Source: Paramoeba atlantica | Lineage: Eukaryota; Protista; Discosea | Length of the DNA stretch: 64,000 nucleotides | Assembly: GCA_977017575.1 (NCBI GenBank) | Contig: CDRNVI010000164.1 | Span: 430,399-494,398 of the forward strand | Direction: 5' to 3' | Part shown: piece after piece, positions 47,601 through 57,405 of the stretch | Layout of the letters: every line of letters starts with the position of its first letter | Position numbering within the stretch: the stretch's first letter is position 1 | The notes under the pieces: generated by a model | Database searches by the model: none | Told to the model about the DNA's origin: nothing | Seen by the model: the letters and a program-made list of their open reading frames with translations, nothing else | Made by a program: the position numbers and the translations under genes

Positions 47601-49483
47601 CATCTTTTCCTCCAGAAATCTTCAAAAATTCTCAAGAAAAATGGAAGTGGAATCTTTCGAAAAAGCAAACATTCAAAGGCAAGTGCGTATATTCCTGCCC
47701 AAATTGACGAAGAGTCGAAAAAGAAACGGAAAAAGGGTCTTAATTTTATGGGAAAAAAGGTTTTTTTTATTTTTTTATTTATTTTTTTTTGTATTTTTAT
47801 TTCTATTTTTATTTTTCCTTTTTTTTAAAGATCGAGATTATTTATTAGAAATGAGAAAACAAAAAGAGAAGAGAAGAGAAGAGAAGAGAGAGAGAATGAT
47901 GTTTTTTCTTTTTAGAAACATTATGAACCGAAAGATCGAGTTCCTAATGATCTTGACCAGACGGCCAATCCTCGAGTTTGTTCTTTTCTTTTCTCTCTTT
48001 TTCTTTTTCTCTCTTTCTCTCTTTCTCTCTCTCTCTTTTCCTTTTTTTTTCTTTTTCTTTCTTGGTCTTTTCTCTTTTTTCTCTTTCTCTTTTTTCTTAA
48101 AAAATAATTTATTATTTTTTTTTTAGGCACCATCTCTCTTTAATACCGAGTTTCCATCTTCTGGTTTGATTTTTTTTACTCTTTTTTATTTTCTCTCTTT
48201 TTTTTCAAAAATTCTTTTTCTCTCAACAAAGAAATTCAAAATTGATTAAAAATAAAAAAAAAAAAAAGGAAATATTACTGCTTTAAAACCAACTCGAATG
48301 TGGTTGAGTATGTATCACAGTGGTCGATATGTTCTCGAATTGGATGTTTCGGAACCTTCTTTTGAAAAACATTTGATTGGTTTTTTTTTTGTTTTTTTTT
48401 GTTTTTTTTTTTTTTTTGTTTTTGTTTTTTTGTTTGTGATTGTTATGATGATATTCTTCTTCTTATTGTTATTGTTATTATTGGTTATTGTTGTTATTGT
48501 TATGATTGTTATGATTTCCTTATTCTTATTCTTAACGAATGTTTTTTTAGATGTAAAAGTTGATGTTGTTGAAAATGAGTGGGAAAACATCCATGCAGAG
48601 AGGTTAACCGAGAGTCGCACCAAACTCCATGTTTTTTCTCTTTCTTTTCTCCACTTCCTTTTCTCTTCCTTCTGTTCTCTTCCTTCTTTTCTTCCTCTCT
48701 TCTCTTCCTCTCTTTCTCCCTCTCACTTTTTTCTTCTTCTCTTGGTATTTTAGTTGGAATTTTCGTTAAATCTTGCAGAAGGAGAAGAAGAAGAGTGGAG
48801 AGGGTTGATGTTTGAAGTTTTATTGAAACCTCTTGATCCTGCTGATACTGAACCAGTTCAAATTCAATGCAAAGGTTTCTCTCTCTTTTCTTTCTCTCTC
48901 TTTCTTTTCTCTCTTTTGGTTTTTGGTTGAATGATCTTTCTCTTTGATTAAGGGGGGTGGTTGTTTCTAATGTGTTTGTTTTTTTAGGGAGTTTGGTGGT
49001 TTTTCCAACACAAGAAGTCTCTCTTAATCCCATTCCTTTCATTGTAGATGAAATGGGTTTGTTTTTTTTGTTTGAATCTTTTCATCAAAGAAAACCAGAG
49101 AATTGAAACACTTATTTATTTTGGTTTTTTTAAAAAAAAAATAGTTGTATTTTTTCCAATGAAAAAGATTCTTCCTTTATCTGGGCTTCACCATCTGCTC
49201 CAAGAAGAAGAACAAAAAATTCAAAAACAACTTGCTTTACATTCTGGTTTGTCTTTCTTTCTTTTATTAAGATTCGGATTGGATTGTTAATTTATTAAAT
49301 ATTAAAGAGATTATTTAAAAAAGATTAATAATTAAAAAAAAAATGAAAAGAAGAATTTCAGTATTAAAGATCATTAGTTATAAATTATTTATAATTCTCT
49401 TGTAAATAGGAGGATCTGAAAGTTCAGAACAGGAGAAACCAACAAGAAAGGAGAGCGTGTCCGGCCAGTACCGTTTTGAATGA
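44608..49483 (+). CDS. RhoGAP with myristoylation-like MGNQAS start, degenerate EF-hand-like region, EEKK repeats and a multi-exon C-terminal extension
   Basis: IFGIPLE, EEEGLYRVPGS (arginine finger), VALLVIKYFKALPRSL, HLRVVISHSEKNKMTFAN..AICLGPTF. Downstream micro-exons can be joined to a last exon GSESSEQEKPTRKESVSGQYRFE* (stop 49483). Splicing after 47386 is less certain. Confidence 0.75.
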
Positions 49484-49578
49484 AACAAAAATAAATTATT
49501 AATTCTCAAGTAAAATTTGTTTGTTTTGTTTTGTTTTGTTTTGTTTTGTTTTGTTTGTTGGTTTTTGGCTGGTTTTTT

Positions 49579-51031
49579 TTATGTATGTTTTGTGTTTGAT
49601 GTGGAAGGAGAGGAGAGAGAAGAGGAAGAGGAAGAAGGGGAAGAAGGGGAAGAAGAGGAAGAAGAAGAGGAAGAGGAAGAAGAGGAAGAGGAAGAAGAAG
49701 AGGAAGATAGAGAAGAAATGAAGACTGTTCGAGCGGAGGATGGGTCTGGATTGTGATTTTCGCTCTTGCGGGGAGGAGAAGATTCTCTTTCTTTTTGTTC
49801 AATTGTTTTCGACTTTCTTTCTTCTTCTTCTTCTTCTTGTTCTTGTTTTTGATATCGTTGATTTTGATTTTGATTTTGATTTTGGTTTTGATGTTGTTGA
49901 TGTTGTTGTAGATTTTGTTGTTGTTGTTGGACTTTAAGAAAACGAGTAGAAGTGGTACCACTTTTTTCGTTAATGGTCTCAACATGGACATCATACTCTT
50001 CTCTTTTCTTTCTTTTCTTTCTTTCTGGAGAGGGAAGAGAAGAACTCTTTTCTGAAGAAGAAGAAAGAGAAGAAGAAGAATAATAATAATCGTCTTTTTC
50101 TTCTTCGTCACTTTCTCGGAAGAAAGTGGAGAGTTGGACCGGTTCTCCTCCTCTCTTTCTCTTCTTTCTTTTCTTTTTTTCTTCTTTTTCTTTTTCTTTT
50201 GTTCTTTTTCTTTTTCTTTTTCTCTCTCTTTCATAGTCGCTTTCTTCGTCTGATGTTTCTTCATCTTCTTCTTCTTCTCTTTTCCCCTTTGAAGATTTAC
50301 TCCTTTTCCTTTTCTTTTCTTTCTCTCTTCTCTTCTTTTCTTTCTCTCTTTCCTTTTTCTTCTTTTTCTTTTTCTTCTCTTTCTCTTTTAAAGATTCAGC
50401 ACGAGTAAGATCCAAATGACCTCTCCAAGCTTCCAAACCACCACTCTCTTCCATAAACGCTAAAGGATTCTGAGATTCCCTAAATAAATTGAAAGAGAGA
50501 GAAAAGAGAGAAAAGAGAGAGAAAAGAGAAGAGAGAGAAAAGAGAGAGAAAAGAGAGAGAAAAGAGAGAGAGAGAAAAAAATGAGAAAATGTTTCAATTT
50601 CTTTTTCTTGGACCTCTTTCAGTTTCTTGTTATCTAATCTCTTTTCGAAAGAAGAATAAAAAAAATACAAACTTTTTTCTTTTCATGTCTTTCACTTCTT
50701 CCCATGTTGGTCGTGGTCGAGCTATTTAAAAAGAGATCAGTTTTAATTCTTGGAGAAAGAGAAAGAGAAAGAGAGAAAGAGGAGGAGGACTTCGAAAAGA
50801 AAGAAAAGAAGAAGAGAAGAAGAAAAGAAGGACCAAGATGAATTTTAATCGTAGAAGAAGGAGGGGAGGTTTTCAAAAGAAAGAAAGAGAGAGAAAGAGA
50901 AAGAAAGAGAAGAGAGAGAAAGAGAAAAGAGAACCAAGATGAGTTTTAATAGTAGAAGTAGGAGGGGGCGGTTTTCTTCTGACAGCCAATGGGTTATCCA
51001 TCCCCTGTGGTTGAAATCCTCTTCGACCCAT
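49579..51031 (-). CDS. FAM133: FAM133-like Lys/Arg/Ser-rich nuclear protein
   Basis: Spliced N-terminus MGRRGFQPQGMDNPLAVRRKPPPPTSTIKTHL-ARPRPTWEEVKDMKRKK matches the FAM133 NP.A...RPRPTWEEVK motif, followed by K/E/S-rich low-complexity sequence. Confidence 0.75.
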
Positions 51032-51886
51032 CTTTCTTTCTCTTTCTTTCGTTCTCTTTTTTCTTTTTCTTTCTCTTTCTCTTTCTCTTTCTCTTTCTGT
51101 TTCTCTCTTTCGGTTTTTACGAAAAAAAAATAACGAAAAAAAACAAACAAAAAGACCCATACTACCTTTCATTTTTTTGCTTCTTTTTCAGTTTCTCGAA
51201 AAGAGGGTTCAGGAGAGTCGAGAGAAGAGAAAGAGAAAGAATTGAAAGAGAAAGAGAAGAGAGAGAAAAGAAAAAGAAAAAGAAAAAAGGTGATGGAGGT
51301 AATTTACCCAAACTATTGGACAAGCAAATCAAGAAGAAGAGTGGTAATAATCGAGAGAGAGAAGACATGGTCCCTTCTCTCTCTCCAACCTTCCTTGAGA
51401 ACCCTTGTTTTTGTCTCTTTTCTTCTTCTCTTTTTGAATACTCTTTTTTCTCTTCTTCTCTATCAATCTTTTTAGAGGAGAGAGAGAAGAGAGAGAGAGA
51501 GAGGTGACTCTTCTTCTTTTCTTCTTCTTTTCTTCTTCTTTTCTTCTTTTTCTTCTTTTTCTTCTTCATCTTTCTCTTTGAAGCCAATCTCTCTCCTCTC
51601 TTATCCACATCGATCTTCCCACACCAAAAAATGTTATTACAACCAATTAATTCTACAACTTGGAGAGTTTCTTTCGTTTCGATATCAACGCTGCATTTCT
51701 CTCTCTCTCTCTCTCTCTCTGAATTCTTTAAACCTTACGATAGCGCAAAGAATCGAAAACGAATCGAGAAGAAACAAATTTTCTTTTATTGATGAATAAT
51801 TGAGAAGACATCATTTTAAAAACAACTCCATTAAATAACAAAAAAAAACAAAAAACAAAAAGCAAAAAACAAAAGAGAAGAAATAA

Positions 51887-54076
51887 TCAAAAATCAATCA
51901 TCATTTGTTGTTGTTTCAATTCCAAATTCTGAACCCGAATGGCCTTCAACAAAGGCCCCAAAAACTCCCTCTTAAAATACCCCACATGCTCTTCCAACCT
52001 CGTCCCCTTATACTCCTTCCCCTCTCTCCCCTTCCCCTCTCTCCCCTTCCTCTCCCCCCCTCTCTCTTCTTCTTCTTCTTCTTCTTCTTCTTCTTCCCCT
52101 TTCAAAAGATTCAAATCATCAATCAAATCAGCAACAGAAGGAACAGAAGTAGGATCAAAAAGAAGACAATTCTCCGGATCAATCGGGACACAAACCCTCC
52201 CAGTTTTGGGATGAATACAAAAAGGAGACTTCAATAAATGGTTCAACCCTTTTGATACTGCCACATCTAACCGAGGATATGAGAATTGGAACACTATTTC
52301 GATATATTCTGCACATTTCGAAAATCGACCTCCTCCCCCTCCCCCTCCTCCTCTCTTTCCTTTCTCTTTCTTTCTTTGTTCGTCGACTGTTTTGACGAGC
52401 TGTTTCCATCTCCGGAATGATGTTCCTTCTTTTTGTTTCCATTCCTTGTCCAAAGCAGAAGAAATGTCTGGAGGAAGAAGGGCTAAGATTTTGTGATAAT
52501 TTTGGTCATCCAAAAGTTGTTGTTCTTCAAGGATATGGTTTTCAAAGATCGGTAAAATGATATCATATGCTTTCCTGAAAGAAACTTTTTTTAAAAAATG
52601 AAAAATAAAACACCCACAAAAATATAAAAATCTCAACCCAAAAAAAAGGTAATAATAAAATACAAAAAAAAAAATATTCAAAACAAGAAAAAAGAAAGAG
52701 AAATTTCATACTGTACAGCTGGATGAAGTGGCATTTTCAAAGAAACTTTTTTCGATTTTCCTTCACCTCCAATTAAAGTAAGATATTCGACAATTGATGC
52801 TCTTGCTGCCAAAAAGAAAAGAAATACATTATTATTTTGATCACAAACCCAGAAAAAAGGGGAAAAAAAAGGAAGAAAGAAAAAGAGAATAATCACAATT
52901 AAATAAGAATGATCAGTATAATAATAATAAGAATAACTAATAATGAGAATAAAAATAAAAATAAAAATAAGAATAAGAATTAATAAAAATTAATAAGAAT
53001 TAATAATAATTAAAAACCTTGAGCAGAAAGAGAACGAGCTTTTTGATCACAAACCCAACAATGAACACCACGACGACCAGAAAAAACCCACAAAATATGT
53101 TTGAAACCAAAATCTTCAGTCAAAACTCGATGAATAATTTTAATTGCCACATTCATGAATTGCCAACATTTTGGACAAACGTTTGTTCCGGTACAACATG
53201 TTCGAACGCTGTCGAAGAAGAAGAAGAAGAAGAAGAAGAAGAGGGGATGAGGGAAAAGGGAAGAAAAAGGAGAGGGGGAGAGGGAAAAGGAATGTTTTTA
53301 AAAGGTATGAAATTTTAAAAAAAAAAACGAATTTCAATCTATTCAATGAAAGAAACGAAAGAAATAAAATAAAAACAAACTCAAACAAAACCAAAAAAAA
53401 AACCAAAAAAAAAATGAAAAAACCAACCTATTATATTCATCCATATCAATATCAAAAATAAGCTCTCTCTCAAGAGGTTGAAAAGAAGTTGGTTCATAAT
53501 TGCTTCGATTTTTGGGAGGAAGAGAATACACTGGTCCAATGTCTATTTTGATTGGGTTCTTTTCTAAAATTGAGTTTTTCCATTCTCCCACTTCGGAGTA
53601 GGATTGGAATCTTAAATAGATGTCATCTTTTTTTTGGGAGGGGAAAATGAGAGAGATGAGAAGAGAAGAGAGAGATAAAAGGATCAAAAAGAAAGAAAAA
53701 GAAAAAAGAAAAATTGCTCCAAAAAAAAAGAGATTTTGAAAAAAAAAAATTAAAAAAAGGACTTCTTCCCCCACAACAAACAAACAAAAAAAAACCTTGA
53801 AAAGTAAAAGACCATTCTCTTCTTGCCATGTACTCTGGAACGCCATAACTAATCCAATCAAACATCGGTTTGAAAGGGAACAACCCTCTCTTGTAATACA
53901 CTTTCAACGCAGATTGAAAATCATACCTCAAAAAAAAGAATGAGAAAGGTGCTCTTTGAGACAAAAAACAACAAGAAAAAAAAACAAAAAATATCAAAAT
54001 CAAAAGAATAAAAAAGAAAAGAGAAAAAGAGAAAAGGAAAAGGAAAAGGAAAAGAACAAAACTGACTCTCGCCCAT
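51887..54076 (-). CDS. PRIM1: DNA primase small (catalytic) subunit
   Basis: MGESQ|[50 protein letters not shown] (DxD), [49 protein letters not shown]. Confidence 0.97.
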
Positions 54077-54331
54077 TTCTCCCCCAAAAAAACAAACAAA
54101 AAAAACTAGTGTTGGGCAGATTAGTCGGCAAACCGCGGTTAACCGGTTAACCGTTTCCAATTGTTTGGTCGACTAACCGAACGGTTAACCGATAACAAAA
54201 GTTTTCACGTTGTTGAAAATCTGTCGTAGAATAAATCAACACGTCAAAAAAAAACGTTCGGTTAAAAAAATTTAAGCGAATGGTTTTTGTTTTCAACTCA
54301 ATAAAGAAAAACATTTTCGTTTTTCCCGCTC

Positions 54332-55168
54332 ATGGACGTCTCAACTCGACGAGCCTCATTGGAACTCCAACACTCTCAACAATCCGCACAACTCGAAAAA
54401 GAAATCCAACAATCTCCTCCTGTGGTCATCGTTTCCGTTGTCCGGTCTCTTGAAGCTCTTCGAGGCCTTGTATACCAACAGAAAAAAAGGAAACTTCGAA
54501 TCCATTATCCTTTCAAATCATTTGACGCTCTTGGAGTCAAGCCTGGGGACGCTGGAACGAAAGAAGAGCTTTTTTATGAGGATTTGTACGATACGCCTAA
54601 ATTCGATTTGTTACCGACGCACTGGCTTTGGAAAAGAGACGATGAATGGATTTTGAAAATTGACAAAGATTCAGAACCTGGAACGTCAGTTTTTGAAGAA
54701 AAGCGAGGAAAAGACGCTATCCAAGCGATTCGGATAAGACTTGGTGATGATTGGCAAGAAAAAGTGGAGACACTTGTAACTCTTAAAACAACGCGCTTTT
54801 ACGTGAGCAACTCTCATTGGGTAGATTTCACATCTTGGGCTCGATGGAAGATTGGTTATTACGCAGTCCAAACTTTTGCAGTCGATTCTGGCGAAGCCGA
54901 TATTCCCATTCGTTCTGATTTTTTTCCAATCCCAAGCAAAGGAATGGCTTGTTTATTTCATATTCTCCCGACGAATTTTAAGTCATTTTTCTGTTCGAGA
55001 CTCAAAATCCCCGAAAAAGAAGAGGAAGAATTTATGACTTTTGTTAAAAAGTCAAGCATTTTCGTTCACGAAGAACCTCTATATGGGCCTCAGATTGGGT
55101 TTCATAGTTCTGAGGAAAGTGGTGATGAAAGTTTTGAGGAAAGTGATGAAAGTTGTGAGGAAGATTGA
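54332..55168 (+). CDS. CYTH / thiamine-triphosphatase-like protein, probably catalytically altered, inside the hAT element
   Basis: FYEDLYDTPKFDLLPTHWLWKRDDEWILK aligns by eye to the recalled THTPA segment [31 protein letters not shown]; downstream TSVFEE, LVTLKTTR, WVDF and GYYAV are in THTPA order. Intronless; acidic tail. Confidence 0.65.
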   Translation: MDVSTRRASLELQHSQQSAQLEKEIQQSPPVVIVSVVRSLEALRGLVYQQKKRKLRIHYPFKSFDALGVKPGDAGTKEELFYEDLYDTPKFDLLPTHWLWKRDDEWILKIDKDSEPGTSVFEEKRGKDAIQAIRIRLGDDWQEKVETLVTLKTTRFYVSNSHWVDFTSWARWKIGYYAVQTFAVDSGEADIPIRSDFFPIPSKGMACLFHILPTNFKSFFCSRLKIPEKEEEEFMTFVKKSSIFVHEEPLYGPQIGFHSSEESGDESFEESDESCEED

Positions 55169-55185
55169 ATTTCAGAAAAAAAAAT

Positions 55186-55978
55186 TTATTTGGGTAGTAC
55201 AACTTGTTGTTGTTCATATCTGACAATTTTAAATACCCCATTACGATAAGAGTTTCGCTTCTTGAATTGATCTTCATCATGTCCATCATAGCACGGAAAT
55301 CCGTGTGTATAAGGACCTGGTTTATTCACATTGAAGCCATGACTCGCGACCACTGTGTTGTATCTCGTTTTTTCGATGTCTGAATTATATTTGAGACACA
55401 CGTGACAAACAAATCTTTGTGGTTTTGTTTCATCCGATTGACGATAAAAGAAAATCCGAACCCATTTTTCCACCAAGTTTCACAACAACAAGTCCTTGTC
55501 CCAAATCATATTTCCGAATCCCAGTTTTGGCTGCTTTTTGGAGTTGTTTTTGTAGTTTGGAGCCAATTGTTGTAAAGTCACTTTTGTCCATTTGGAAAAC
55601 AGCGTGACCAGTCTTCTCATCACCAATTACAATGGAAGATGAGGAAGGAGCAGGAATTGGAGGAGAGACAACAGCAGAGGAAGAAGAGGAGGCTATTGAA
55701 GAAGGGGATGGTGGAGCAGACGAACAGATCGAGGCAGAGGAAGATCCATCAGACAAAGAGATAGAGGAAGATGCAACAGTAGAAGAGGACGGTGGAGCAG
55801 ACAAAGTGACTGACGAAGAGGAAGACGTAGCAGAAGAAGAGGACGGTGGAGCAGACGAAGAGACTGACGAAGAGGAAGATGGAACAGTAGAAGAGGACGA
55901 CGGAGGAGATGGAGCAGACAACTCAGACATTTCAGGTTTTGGTTTTGGTTTGGGTATTGCTCGCGATAAAAACCACAT
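55186..55978 (-). pseudogene. Possible frameshifted 5' remnant of a hAT transposase (Ser-rich IDR plus BED-finger-like segment)
   Basis: 182-aa Ser/Pro-rich ORF overlaps, in another frame, KWVRIFFYRQSDETKPQRFVCHVC...H...H..C; starts about 130 bp inside the right TIR; no DDE core is present. Confidence 0.4.
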
Positions 55979-56431
55979 ATTTCTTTATTTGGTAATTTCT
56001 GTCGGTTAACTATCGGTTAACCGTTTGAGAGTTTCTTGTCGGTTAGCTATCGGTTAACCGGTTAACCGCGATATTAGTCGACCAAACAACGGTTAACCGT
56101 TAGCCAACACTAAAAAAAACAAACAAAAAAAGAGACCGTTTTTTTTTCATTTGAATTTTTGAATTTTTTGGGGGTGTTTTTTTTCTTTTTTCTTTCTTTT
56201 TTTGGTCGAAAAGGCAAAGATTGAGTTTTCGGCTTTTTGGCGAAGCGTTGTTTGAGATGAGTTTTGGCTGATGAAACGCAAGGAAATCAGGGATCAGAAC
56301 TCCCCTCAAATCTTTTTGAAGACCCAAAAAAGTGGGTTCGATGTAAATGAAATGAAATGATTCAAATTTGTTTTCTTCCTTTTTTTGTCTCAGTTTCACT
56401 TACGAAAAATTTCCATGAGTTTTTGTGACAT

Positions 56432-56568
56432 GGAGCTGTAGTTCAATGGTAGAGCACCTCGCCAGCTTGGAACTTAATTGGTTCAAGCACTGCTTAAAAC
56501 AACAATGTGAAAATATTGGTTTAAACCGGTAATGTGAGGGGATACAGGTTCGAATCCTGTCAGTTCCA
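56432..56568 (+). tRNA. tRNA-like gene copy 1 with ~65-nt structured insertion in the anticodon loop (identity unresolved)
   Basis: Acceptor GGAGCTG/CAGTTCC-A, D-arm GTTC-AATGGTA-GAGC, T-arm ACAGG-TTCGAAT-CCTGT, anticodon stem CCTCGC/GTGAGG, oligo-T terminator. Confidence 0.7.
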
Positions 56569-56640
56569 ATCTTTTTTTTCTCCCATCTAAGACCCATCTC
56601 AGATCCACAACGACAGAAAGAAGATTGGTTTTTATCACTT

Positions 56641-56772
56641 GGAGCTGTAGCCCAATGGTAGAGCACCTCGCCAGCTTGGAATTTTCCAAGCAATGCTTGA
56701 ATTACATTATGAAAATATATGGATTTAAACATGTAACGTGGGGGAATACAGGTTCGAATCCTGTCAGTTCCA
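56641..56772 (+). tRNA. tRNA-like gene copy 2 with ~60-nt structured insertion
   Basis: Same cloverleaf frame, A-box and B-box, T-run terminator. Confidence 0.7.
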
Positions 56773-56849
56773 ATCTTTTTTTTCTTCCTCCATCATCCAA
56801 GACGCCCTCAGTTACACAATGACAGAATGATGTATGGTTTTTGTGAATT

Positions 56850-56981
56850 GGAGCTGTAGCCCAACGGTAGAGCACCTCGCCAGCTTGGATTTATCCAAGC
56901 AATGCTTGAATTACATTATGAAAATATATGGATTTAAACATGTAACGTGGGGGGATACAGGTTCGAATCCTGTCAGTTCCA
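56850..56981 (+). tRNA. tRNA-like gene copy 3 with ~60-nt structured insertion
   Basis: As copy 2. Confidence 0.7.
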
Positions 56982-57061
56982 TTCTTTTTTTTTTCTTCCT
57001 CCATCATCCAAGACTCACCACAGATTCACAATGACAAAATGAAGAATGGTTTTTATCACTT

Positions 57062-57193
57062 GGAGCTGTAGCCCAACGGTAGAGCACCTCGCCAGCTTGG
57101 ATTTATCCAAGCAATGCTTGAATTACGTTATGCAAATATACGGATTTAAACATGTAACGTGGGGGGATACAGGTTCGAATCCTGTCAGTTCCA
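57062..57193 (+). tRNA. tRNA-like gene copy 4 with ~60-nt structured insertion
   Basis: As copy 3, with paired substitutions in the insertion hairpin. Confidence 0.7.
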
Positions 57194-57405
57194 TTCTTTT
57201 TTTTTCAATGCTTCATTTTTTGTTTTGTTGCTTGGCGATGAGGAAGATTTTTTTTTTCCTTTTCCTTTTTGCCATTTCCCCTCTTTTTTCGATTTCTTTT
57301 TTCGATTTCTTTTTTCTTAAATTGGAATGAATGAAAAAAATTGAGTCATAAATACATTCTTTTCTCCTACATCTCCTCCTCCTCTCTCTTGTCATGTTTT
57401 TTTTA

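Larger units (their letters stand above)
54107..56112. mobile_element. Non-autonomous hAT-superfamily DNA transposon (2006 bp) carrying a cargo gene
   Basis: Perfect 9-bp TIR TAGTGTTGG (54107-15) / CCAACACTA (56104-12); identical 8-bp flanks AAAAAAAC (54099-106 and 56113-120); CGGTTAACCG palindromes at 54136, 54144, 54182, 56014, 56051, 56059 and 56090; TTGTTTGGTCGACTAA inverted at both ends. Confidence 0.88.

Noticed and set aside
51100-51800. Possible small gene between FAM133-like and PRIM1 (e.g. minus-strand MSSLSRLLPLFFLICLSNSLG followed by GTAAAT)
   Set aside because: Could not assemble a consistent multi-exon frame on either strand; mostly AG/CT microsatellite. May be UTR.
54120-54195. 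CGGTTAACCG repeats as a CRISPR array or replication-origin iterons
   Set aside because: No regular repeat-spacer pattern; mirrored at 56003-56099 and bounded by TIRs and a TSD, so they are transposon subterminal repeats.
56432-57193. tmRNA, tRNA-Sec or tRNA-Pyl identity; group I or II intron
   Set aside because: Full canonical D-arm, no tag ORF, 7/5 acceptor/T geometry, no UCA or CUA anticodon; the ~60-nt insert is far too short for a group I/II catalytic core.
56400-57330. Short ORFs repeated across the tRNA-like array (MVFITWSCSP...)
   Set aside because: Incidental translations of the repeated RNA genes; no coding signature.
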